A stretch of 63,851 nucleotides of DNA, the filler included, from an uncultured Candidatus Sumerlaeota bacterium (GTDB taxonomy: Bacteria; CAYMEV01), in the NCBI GenBank assembly GCA_964389675.1. It is 6 parts of 6 records of this genome, joined end to end, with 100 filler letters (N's around TTAATTAATTAA, not from the genome) between each part and the next. Parts side by side here need not be neighbours in the genome. Positions count along the whole stretch, not along the records: positions 1 to 13,035 come from CAYMEV010000039.1; positions 13,136 to 25,820 come from CAYMEV010000040.1; 4 more parts are not named here. One strand, written 5' to 3'. The notes beneath the pieces were generated by a model. The model saw only the letters and a program-made list of their open reading frames with translations, was not told the origin of the DNA and did no database searches. The translations under genes were made by a program, and so were the position numbers. This document shows, piece by piece, positions 11,045 to 19,559 of the stretch (within the stretch, counting starts at the first letter, position 1; each line of letters starts with the position of its first letter).

Positions 11045-11272
11045 CTATCTTTCCCCGTACTGATTTGATAATTTTATTATATCCCATTGAACCGATATTT
11101 AAAAACAATTATTTTTAAGCTTCATAGAAGGTAAAAATTGCTGCAGACATGAGATCAGACCAGAAGATAATCCCTGAACTGAATGAATAACCGTTTTTCG
11201 GAAGCCAATGAGCTATTTCCTCAGACAATTCTATTTCCGGGTAAAAATATTTCAAAACCATAGGATTTTCTA

Positions 11273-11314
11273 TTGACATTCAGCCAGTAAGTTAGTATAA
11301 TACTAACATACTGG
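11273..11314 (+). promoter_or_regulatory. Sigma70 promoter of the abiE operon with overlapping inverted-repeat operator
   Basis: TTGACA (11273-11278), 17-bp spacer, TATAAT (11296-11301). Inverted repeat CCAGTAAGTTAGTAT-A-ATACTAACATACTGG (11284-11314, 14/15 match). Confidence 0.85.
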
Positions 11315-11324
11315 AGGAATTGGC

Positions 11325-11945
11325 ATGGCTTTTAATGCAGTTTTTCCTGCCGGGGAAATTGATTATAACTACCTGAAATCGTACCTGTCAGGATACAAAA
11401 ATATCCGGGTTAAGATCAATGATATGCTTAAAAAGAAAGAGATCATCCGGATAAAAAAGGGTCTTTATATTCCGGGAAACAAGTACAGAAGGGTTCCGGT
11501 CTGCAGAGAAACTCTTTCAAATCTTATTTATGGACCGTCATATATTTCACTTCATTATGCACTCTCTTTTTATGGTATGATACCTGAAAGGACAGAAACC
11601 GTCACTGCTGTGACAAATAAGAGGAACAAGGTTTTCGATACTCCGATAGGGCGCTTTTCCTACCGCTATATCCGTCCTGATCTTTATTCTGAAGGAATTG
11701 AGCTTATCAGGCTTGATGAAATTCATAATGTCCTTATCGCTTCAAAAGAAAAAGCTGTTGCAGACCTGCTTTATTTCAGTGATACCCTGGAAAATACAGA
11801 GGATCTCATGGATTTTCTGTACAGTAATATGAGAATTGATGAAAGCGAGTTAATAAATCTGAGAAATAGTTCTGTCCGCCGGCTTGCAAAAATCTACAGA
11901 GGAAATATATTGATACTGCAAAAGTATCTGGAGGAAGCATTATGA
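11325..11945 (+). CDS. abiEi: Type IV TA antitoxin, AbiEi-like transcriptional regulator
   Basis: IIRIKKGLY, PSYISLHYALSFYGMIPE and ASKEKAVADLLY motifs; overlaps the toxin start. Confidence 0.85.
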   Translation: MAFNAVFPAGEIDYNYLKSYLSGYKNIRVKINDMLKKKEIIRIKKGLYIPGNKYRRVPVCRETLSNLIYGPSYISLHYALSFYGMIPERTETVTAVTNKRNKVFDTPIGRFSYRYIRPDLYSEGIELIRLDEIHNVLIASKEKAVADLLYFSDTLENTEDLMDFLYSNMRIDESELINLRNSSVRRLAKIYRGNILILQKYLEEAL

Positions 11946-12808
11946 ACAATGCAGTAAAAACTATGCTGAAAAAATATGACCCTGTCAGTATTGATGACCA
12001 TGAAAATGCACTGAGAGAAATTATCCAGGAGATTGCTCTCCTTGGTCTATGGAGAGCAAAGTTCTTTGAAAAGACTGCTTTTTATGGAGGCACTGCACTC
12101 CGGCTTTTTTACGGACTCGACCGTTTTTCTGAATATATTGATTTCTCTCTTCTTGAGCCTGATCTGAACTTCAATATTGATAAATATACGTCGTCTGTTC
12201 AGAATGAGCTTTCTTCCTTTGGATTTGATGTTACAGTTGAAAGAAATGAAAAAATAAAAGAAACAAAGATAGAGTCTGCATTTATAAAAGGGGGAACAAT
12301 AAAAAACCTAATCAATATAGAAACTCCCTTAAAACTGGTCAATAAATTCAATAAATCAAAGCTTTTTAAGATTAAGCTCGAGGTTGATATAGACCCCCCG
12401 GCAGGTTTTGAGACAGAAGCAAAATATCTGTTAAACCCTATCCCTTTTTCAGTAAACACTTATAGAATGGAAGACCTTTTTGCTGGCAAGATGCATGCTG
12501 TTTTATGCAGAGACTGGAAAACAAGCGTGAAAGGAAGAGACTGGTATGATCTTGTGTGGTATATATCCGTTAACAGCATGCTTAACCTGAAACATCTTGA
12601 GAAGAGAATGATACAGACAGGGCATCTGGAACCAGGTTCTTGCCTCACAGAAGATAAATTCAGGGAGATGCTAAAAAAACGGATAAAAACCATAGATCTT
12701 GAAAAGGCACAGAATGATGTGCTTCCTTTTATAAAAGATCCATCTGCACTTAAAGTCTGGAGTAAAGACTTCTTTAATCAGATTTCTGAACGGATCGTTT
12801 TCTCGTAA
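11942..12808 (+). CDS. abiEii: Type IV TA toxin, AbiEii/AbiGii nucleotidyltransferase
   Basis: FYGGTALRLFYGLDRFSExxDFS, AGKMHA and KGRDWYD motifs. Confidence 0.9.
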   Translation: MNNAVKTMLKKYDPVSIDDHENALREIIQEIALLGLWRAKFFEKTAFYGGTALRLFYGLDRFSEYIDFSLLEPDLNFNIDKYTSSVQNELSSFGFDVTVERNEKIKETKIESAFIKGGTIKNLINIETPLKLVNKFNKSKLFKIKLEVDIDPPAGFETEAKYLLNPIPFSVNTYRMEDLFAGKMHAVLCRDWKTSVKGRDWYDLVWYISVNSMLNLKHLEKRMIQTGHLEPGSCLTEDKFREMLKKRIKTIDLEKAQNDVLPFIKDPSALKVWSKDFFNQISERIVFS

Positions 12809-12898
12809 ATGGATAATATAATTACAATATCAGGAATAATCCGCTATGAGATGCTTTCCTATCCTTAAGTGAAGGCATTGATGTCATTTCATCTATAA

Positions 12899-13035
12899 TT
12901 ATAAAAATGCAAATGATATTGATCTTTTAGTGCGCTTGATTTTATGCCCTCTCTGCTTTAGCAGCTCAATTATGCTGTTATTTCCGATAAAATGGCCAGT
13001 TCCAGCCATTATAAATACTGTGCTGTAATCATCAT
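12899..13035 (-). CDS. 3' end of a TraB/GumN family protein (partial, contig edge)
   Basis: Translates to DDYSTVFIMAGTGHFIGNNSIIELLKQRGHKIKRTKRSISFAFL*, homologous to the C-terminus of 38409-39386. Confidence 0.75.
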
Positions 13036-13135
13036 NNNNNNNNNNNNNNNNNNNNNNNNNNNNNNNNNNNNNNNNNNNNTTAATTAATTAANNNNNNNNN
13101 NNNNNNNNNNNNNNNNNNNNNNNNNNNNNNNNNNN
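13036..13135. other. Artificial contig linker
   Basis: N-run containing TTAATTAATTAA (stops in all frames). Confidence 0.98.
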
Positions 13136-13137
13136 GA

Positions 13138-13848
13138 AGGTTAAAAGAACTCTATCAGATGCAGATGGAAGAAAAGTGCAAGGATAAAATTATTATTAAA
13201 AAAATCAATATAGAAGATATAAATTTTTGTTATGAAAATAAGGATATGATATTGAAAAATCTTAATTTAGAGTTTGAAAAAGGAAATGTCTATTTTATCT
13301 ATGGAGATTCGGGTATCGGAAAAAGCACTTTTGCAAAAATATTAGCTGGATTATATGACTTTGATGGGGATATTATAATAAATAATATGATTAAAATTAA
13401 TAGAGATAATTCTAACCTAAGAAAATACCTACGATCAAATGTGCTACTGGTACCCCAGGATATATTTTTATTCTCAGATAGCATTAAAGCTAATATTGCT
13501 TTAGAGGATAATATCGATGCGATAAAATTAGAAGAAAGCCTGGCTTTTTCCAGTTCAAAGGAAATTATAGAAAAAAAGCACGGAATTAACGCTTTTGTCG
13601 GAGAAAGGGGTATTAATCTATCATCAGGAGAACAAAAGAAGTTAATTTTATCAAGAGCTTTTTACTATATGAAACAGACAGACAAGGAAGTGATTATATT
13701 TGATGAGTCAACTTCAAATATTGACTATAATACTCAAAAGATTATATTGGATAATATAAAAATGAACTTTTTTGACAAAATCGTTATTATTATATCACAT
13801 AGAAGAGAGATCTCAAAATTTGCAGATAAGGAATACAGGTTTAATTAG
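13138..13848 (+). CDS. ABC exporter ATP-binding domain (5'-truncated; probably TMD-NBD or peptide exporter)
   Basis: Walker A GDSGIGKS, Q-loop VPQD, signature LSSGE, Walker B IIFDES, H-loop ISHR; reading frame open to the contig edge. Confidence 0.9.
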   Translation, partial: RLKELYQMQMEEKCKDKIIIKKINIEDINFCYENKDMILKNLNLEFEKGNVYFIYGDSGIGKSTFAKILAGLYDFDGDIIINNMIKINRDNSNLRKYLRSNVLLVPQDIFLFSDSIKANIALEDNIDAIKLEESLAFSSSKEIIEKKHGINAFVGERGINLSSGEQKKLILSRAFYYMKQTDKEVIIFDESTSNIDYNTQKIILDNIKMNFFDKIVIIISHRREISKFADKEYRFN

Positions 13849-13849
13849 T

Positions 13850-15184
13850 ATGAGAAAGCTTGCAGTGATCTTAATTGTCGTGTTCTGCCTTGAAGGATAC
13901 TGCCTTTCACTGAAAGATCTGCTTATAGATTACAGCAAAAATAGCAGATACAGTGTAAAATATGAAAGTGAGAGGGATAAATACCAGCTGATGGTGAAGG
14001 ATGCATATCACAGCTATATTGCTCCCAGCCTGATGGTCGATATATCGGCCCCTAACTTTTATTATGACCGGGATGGGGAGGGATCCTGGGAGAAAAGCAA
14101 TAATGAGAGCCTTGCATTGAAGTATGATCAGAACCTCCCGTACAATATAACCATAAGCGATAATCTTGTCTATAATACATCCAGGGATTATAATAATTCT
14201 TACAGTATAACTCTTTCAAAGGGATTTATAAGGAAAAATCCCAGTTATCTTGACTACCTGCAGGCAGAGCTGGAACATGATCTTAACCTGAACCAGCTGA
14301 AAAGCAGTATAAATTATGATGTAATAGCCATAACAAACCTTTATTTTAATTATCAGAAGGCCAGTGCGCTTCACGGGCTTTACAAAAAGATACTGATAAA
14401 TCAGGAGAAGCTTCTTAAATACTATGAAGATAAGGGTATCGACACCCTGAGCATATATATCTATTATAAAAGCATAGAGAGCAGTATGGTGGATTATGAT
14501 ATCGTCCTCAGACAGCTGGAGCTTGAAATGGCAAACTGTACTGATCAGCTAAAGCTCTACGGTATGAAGGAATTTGATGAACTGGAACCGGTATATCTGT
14601 ATGAAAGGGTTAATCTTGAGGATTTAGAAATAAATAACCTTAACCTGCAGGACTACCGGATACAGAGCAGGATACTGAACAAGGTCCTGAAGGATTTTAA
14701 AAACAGTAATACAATAGATATTACCCTTAATACTTCCTATGATTATACAGATTTCAGGAATGATGAGAAAAATCATAATATAAATGCCTGGATAGGAATA
14801 AAGATACCTGTATTCACCAGGAATAAATACCAGGAACAGGTATTAAGGAAGAATATCGAAATACTAAACTATGAACAGGAAATATTCATGGAACGCCTTA
14901 AGACTGATATAGAATCAAGTATTAGAGAATATAATCTGCAGAGGGAGATAATAGAGATTCGCAGAAGGGATGCAGAAGAGTCTGAAAAGGTTCTGGATAT
15001 TGCAAGGGAGCTTTTAAGCTCCGGGAGCATGTCATACTTTGAATTCCAGACCCGTGAGCAGGAATTTGAAAGCAAGATACAGAACCTTGAGGACGAGATA
15101 ATAAATGCAAATCTCAGTGCTCTGAATATTCTAAGCATGCATGAGGAAGATCTTCTTTCTGCCCTTATAAAAATACTGGAATAG
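13850..15184 (+). CDS. TolC family outer membrane efflux protein
   Basis: Signal peptide MRKLAVILIV; coiled-coil pattern with IGIKIPVF and GSMS motifs; position in efflux operon. Confidence 0.75.
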   Translation: MRKLAVILIVVFCLEGYCLSLKDLLIDYSKNSRYSVKYESERDKYQLMVKDAYHSYIAPSLMVDISAPNFYYDRDGEGSWEKSNNESLALKYDQNLPYNITISDNLVYNTSRDYNNSYSITLSKGFIRKNPSYLDYLQAELEHDLNLNQLKSSINYDVIAITNLYFNYQKASALHGLYKKILINQEKLLKYYEDKGIDTLSIYIYYKSIESSMVDYDIVLRQLELEMANCTDQLKLYGMKEFDELEPVYLYERVNLEDLEINNLNLQDYRIQSRILNKVLKDFKNSNTIDITLNTSYDYTDFRNDEKNHNINAWIGIKIPVFTRNKYQEQVLRKNIEILNYEQEIFMERLKTDIESSIREYNLQREIIEIRRRDAEESEKVLDIARELLSSGSMSYFEFQTREQEFESKIQNLEDEIINANLSALNILSMHEEDLLSALIKILE

Positions 15185-15195
15185 GGTAAGCAAAT

Positions 15196-16374
15196 ATGAA
15201 AAGAAAATCTTTTATTATCGGTTCTGCCGTTATTGTCTTTGTTTTGATAATAGCTTTCTTTATCTGGTTTGATGATCTGTTTGTGGAATATGTGTTCCTG
15301 CCTTCTGAACATATAAAACCGGATACCAGCCTAGCTGTCAAGGTAACCAGGCTAAGGGTGCTGGACTATTCTGATTATATTACATGCTACGGTATTGTTG
15401 AGAGCAAAAAGAACATGGAGATGACAGCCAGGGTGGACGGCACAGTTTCTGCTGTATATTTCAAACCTGGAGACCATGTCAAAAAGGGACAGGTTATTAT
15501 AGATATAAAAAACGATATTGTGAAGCAAACCGCCTCAAGCAGTATAATCAGCTATTTCAAAGCGGTACGGGAGCAGAAAGCACTGAGGAATATTTCCGGT
15601 AAAGGAAGTGAATTTTCAGAGGATATGGAGGATGTTATTGATATTATCCTTACTGTTCCTGATAGTGAGCTAAAGAACACTCTTGAAAAGTATATTTCCA
15701 GAAGCAATACTGTATATCCACCTTCTGAACTGCTGATGCAGGAAGCGGCATTGATGAAGAGCATTGAGAACCTTAGGGCTCTTAAGGTATGTGCACCCTT
15801 TGACTGCATTATAACAGACATCAATGCTTTTGAGGGGAAAACCTTACGAACCGGGGATAATATCATTGGATGCTACAGTCCCTCAGAATTGCAGATAAAG
15901 GCAGATGTATCAGCTGTTGATTTCTTCAGGCTGAAAGTGGGCCAGAATGCTTTATACACGAATATATTCGGAGAGGAAGAATATCTCAAAGCAAAGGTAA
16001 ACGCTGTATCAAACAGGCTTCAGAGCAAAAATTCCTTTGCCTGCTTCCTGGATGTGGCTGAACAGGGAGGCCTTCTGCCGGGCATGCAGGTCAAGGCCTT
16101 TATTGAGACAGAAATAATAAAGGATACGCTGGCTGTCCCCAGTATCTGCATATCCTCAACTCGCGACAGAAGCTATGTATTTGTTGTCAGGGACAACGAA
16201 GCTGTCTGGACAGACATAGAGACAGGCAGTTCAAATTTTGCATATACCCATATAATATCCGGTCTGAAACCGGGTGACCTGGTTATTTATGAGGGCCACT
16301 GGACTCTGTCACACCAGGCGAAGGTGAAGATAACTGATGAGAAGGATATTATGGAGTTCTCCCTTCTAAGATGA
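15196..16374 (+). CDS. RND efflux periplasmic adaptor (MFP)
   Basis: N-terminal TM; ARVDGTV...GDHVKKGQ, APFDC, LLPGM and GLKPGD motifs. Confidence 0.9.
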   Translation: MKRKSFIIGSAVIVFVLIIAFFIWFDDLFVEYVFLPSEHIKPDTSLAVKVTRLRVLDYSDYITCYGIVESKKNMEMTARVDGTVSAVYFKPGDHVKKGQVIIDIKNDIVKQTASSSIISYFKAVREQKALRNISGKGSEFSEDMEDVIDIILTVPDSELKNTLEKYISRSNTVYPPSELLMQEAALMKSIENLRALKVCAPFDCIITDINAFEGKTLRTGDNIIGCYSPSELQIKADVSAVDFFRLKVGQNALYTNIFGEEEYLKAKVNAVSNRLQSKNSFACFLDVAEQGGLLPGMQVKAFIETEIIKDTLAVPSICISSTRDRSYVFVVRDNEAVWTDIETGSSNFAYTHIISGLKPGDLVIYEGHWTLSHQAKVKITDEKDIMEFSLLR

Positions 16375-19300
16375 AGAAATTCATAGATTACTGCCTCTCC
16401 CATCCTGTAAGCATTGACATGTTCATTCTGATTATCATTCTTACAGGAATTGTATCTCTGCTTAACCTCAATGTAGAGATCCTTCCGGTATTTGATGTCC
16501 CCCTTGTAAGCGTAAGTGTAAAGGCAGGGGATGTATCCGTCTTCGAACTGGAGGAAAGGGTTACTGGTGTACTGGAAAGAGAGCTTTCGACCCTGTCAGG
16601 ACTGAAGCATATTAGATCATCTACTTTTAGCAACCAGGTATTTATACAGATGGAACTTGAGTGGGGGATTGATAAAAACGAGCTTTTATTTAATATATCA
16701 ACGAGAATAGACAAGGCAAAATCAGATATGCCAGCTTATGCTGAAAAGCCTGATATATCACTTGCTGACCCGTCAGCAAGGCCCCTTGCAGTATATGCTG
16801 TAAAAACAGCAGAACCGAGGGAAAATTTCAATTCTGTATTTGAATCAGGCATAAAACAGCTCTTTCTTCAAAACAAGGATATTGCAAACTTCGTGTACTA
16901 TGGCAATTTCATTGATGAATTTATTATAGCCCTTGACAATGAAAAGCTCAATGCGCTGGGAATTGATTACTCCGTGGTTATGAATGCTGTCAGAAATTCA
17001 ATGGAAAGCCATAATATAAGCAGTTATATACTGCATGAGGACAGCAGATACTCTATCAGGATAGATCCTGCCGTCAAGGACATAAATGGGCTTGAGAATC
17101 TGCATATTGATACGGGGAACAGAGTTTTTGTCCGTTTAGCGGATATAGCGGATTTCAGTTACAGAGAACAAAAAAATTTAGGGGATATATACCTTGACGG
17201 ACAGGAGATTATTCTCTGCAGGATATATAACCGGTATGGTTCCAACCCTGTTTCTATAATTCAGGATATAGATAAAAGAGTGGAAAAATGGAACCAGAGC
17301 AATGCAATAAGCATTGCCAAGCTTGAGGATAACAGCAGCCTGGTAGCCGAATCAATCAGTGATATCATGATAAATGCGCTTATAGGCGGGTTAGCCGCTT
17401 TTCTGGTGCTTTTTTTATTCTTCAGCGAGATAAAATACCCGCTTATCCTTATGCTTTCCATGCCTTTGTCCATACTTATAGCATTTCTCTTCTTTTATTT
17501 AGGCGGTATTTCGCTGAATATCATATCTATTGGTGGTTTGTCCATTGGTATAGGCCTCCTTGTGGATAATTCCGTTATAGTCCTGGAAAGCATCTTAAGG
17601 AATAAAGAAGACAGGATTGGGGCCGTCCATGATGTGTTTTATCCCGTCCTGGCAGGAACTGCAACTACCATAGTCGTTTTTTTCCCGGTCATTTACCTGA
17701 GAGGGCTTATAGGGACCTTCTTCATGCAGCAGGCCCTTGCAATAACCATCGCTCTTCTGGCATCCCTCCTTGTTGCTTTCTTTATTGTCCCTTCAATGCT
17801 ATCAAGGAAGCACAGGCCACCTTCTTTAAATATACCCCACTATACAGAACTGGAAAAAAGAAGTATCCTCACCTATACCTGTAATTATATACTGGTATTT
17901 ATAAAGTATTTTTTTATCCTGTTGATCTTTTTGGTAAAGGCTTTGTTTTATTACCTTTTTACAGGAATATTCAGGGCAGTCGATATGCTGTTCAGGCCTT
18001 TTGCAATAAGGATGAAGGCATTCTGGGAAAAAGTTGAGGTATATTATAAAAAATCCCTGGAATACTTGATATACCGCAAGAATATGGTTCTTTTTATTTT
18101 CCTGCTTTTCTTTATATTCAATATCTATTTTCTTTTCAATATTGACAGGGCTTTCATTCCTGAGATCCCATCGGATATAATTGTAATTGAAATTGCTTTG
18201 CCTCCTCAGACCCCCATGAAATACAACAAATATCTGTGTACAAGAATTAAGGAAGCTATTGGGGATAAAGAAGGAATAAAGAATATAGAGACCCATATAG
18301 GCCAGCAATGGACAAACTCATATGGAAGCAGGTTTAATTCATACTCAAGCTATATAAAACTGTACCTCAGCGATGATTATGCAAAGGATATAAAAAAGCA
18401 GGAGAGCCTTATAGCGTTTCTTGCAGAAGCGCTTGACGAAAAATCAGTATCTTCCATTAGTATCAGAGGAGTAGAAACAATATACGGGGATATATTTTCT
18501 TTTGGCCAATATCCCTTTGAGATAAACCTTTATAAGGATGACATGGAGGATTTAAACAGGAATGCAGAAAAATTATGCTCAAAACTCAAACAATCAGGAT
18601 ACTTCAGCGATATCTCATCAGATGCTCTAATAGACGCTTCTCTGCTCAGGATAAGCCTCAACGAGGGTATGATAAAAACACATAATTTATCTATAAATGA
18701 GATTATAAATTCTCTTAAGGCAATGCTTTCAGCTGAAAATATTGATGCTAACCTTAAGGCCGATGGGATAAGCATTGCCATAAGCCTCGGCAGAGGTGGG
18801 ATTTACATAAATGAGCTTAAAGACAAATACATTATTATTGGCGGCAAAAAATTTCAGATCAGGGAGCTTCTCAGTTTTAATACTGAATCCGAGCCTCTGG
18901 AGATTCAGCACCGACAGGCCCAGAGAAGCAGCCTTATTCTGGCCAGGAATCATACAAAATATAATTACAGGCATGTTCTTAACAATCTCTCTGCTATGCT
19001 ATCTGACTTTTCTGAGAAGCATGCCCTCTTATACGATATTACCGGGGAAAATGCCCGCATAAGGGAAGCTTTCGGTGATCTGGTTTTGTCTGTATTTCTA
19101 GCCGTAATACTGGTCTATATATCCCTTGGAATCATGCTCGAGAGCTACAGGATGCCTGTTTTGATAATGACTGCCATCCCTATGGGCCTGACAGGTGTGT
19201 TTACAGGGCTTTTTCTGCTGGGGAAATCCCTTAATGTTTTCTCAATTCTCGGCATTGTAGTTCTTGTAGGAATATGCGTAAATGACAGTATCCTGAAGAT

Positions 19301-19559
19301 AGCCAAAGCTCAGCGTCTGTTGAAGATGGGGCATGATGCAAAGTCTGCAATAATAACTGCCAGTATTCATAAATGGAGACCTATTATAATTACATCATCA
19401 ACTACTATTCTGGGACTTTTCCCATTGCTTTTCAGCCAGGGGAAATTTGCAGTGCTTGCAGAAAGTCTGGCTCTGACTATTATTCTCGGTCTTACATTTT
19501 CCACTATATTGACTCTTTATATAATTCCCCTTCTTTATTTGTTTATCAAGAGGAAATAG
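16371..19559 (+). CDS. RND permease subunit (AcrB/AcrD/AcrF family)
   Basis: 1062 aa, two periplasmic loops and TM bundles; IGLLVDNSVIV, GICVNDSIL, RPIIITS. Confidence 0.92.
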   Translation: MKKFIDYCLSHPVSIDMFILIIILTGIVSLLNLNVEILPVFDVPLVSVSVKAGDVSVFELEERVTGVLERELSTLSGLKHIRSSTFSNQVFIQMELEWGIDKNELLFNISTRIDKAKSDMPAYAEKPDISLADPSARPLAVYAVKTAEPRENFNSVFESGIKQLFLQNKDIANFVYYGNFIDEFIIALDNEKLNALGIDYSVVMNAVRNSMESHNISSYILHEDSRYSIRIDPAVKDINGLENLHIDTGNRVFVRLADIADFSYREQKNLGDIYLDGQEIILCRIYNRYGSNPVSIIQDIDKRVEKWNQSNAISIAKLEDNSSLVAESISDIMINALIGGLAAFLVLFLFFSEIKYPLILMLSMPLSILIAFLFFYLGGISLNIISIGGLSIGIGLLVDNSVIVLESILRNKEDRIGAVHDVFYPVLAGTATTIVVFFPVIYLRGLIGTFFMQQALAITIALLASLLVAFFIVPSMLSRKHRPPSLNIPHYTELEKRSILTYTCNYILVFIKYFFILLIFLVKALFYYLFTGIFRAVDMLFRPFAIRMKAFWEKVEVYYKKSLEYLIYRKNMVLFIFLLFFIFNIYFLFNIDRAFIPEIPSDIIVIEIALPPQTPMKYNKYLCTRIKEAIGDKEGIKNIETHIGQQWTNSYGSRFNSYSSYIKLYLSDDYAKDIKKQESLIAFLAEALDEKSVSSISIRGVETIYGDIFSFGQYPFEINLYKDDMEDLNRNAEKLCSKLKQSGYFSDISSDALIDASLLRISLNEGMIKTHNLSINEIINSLKAMLSAENIDANLKADGISIAISLGRGGIYINELKDKYIIIGGKKFQIRELLSFNTESEPLEIQHRQAQRSSLILARNHTKYNYRHVLNNLSAMLSDFSEKHALLYDITGENARIREAFGDLVLSVFLAVILVYISLGIMLESYRMPVLIMTAIPMGLTGVFTGLFLLGKSLNVFSILGIVVLVGICVNDSILKIAKAQRLLKMGHDAKSAIITASIHKWRPIIITSSTTILGLFPLLFSQGKFAVLAESLALTIILGLTFSTILTLYIIPLLYLFIKRK

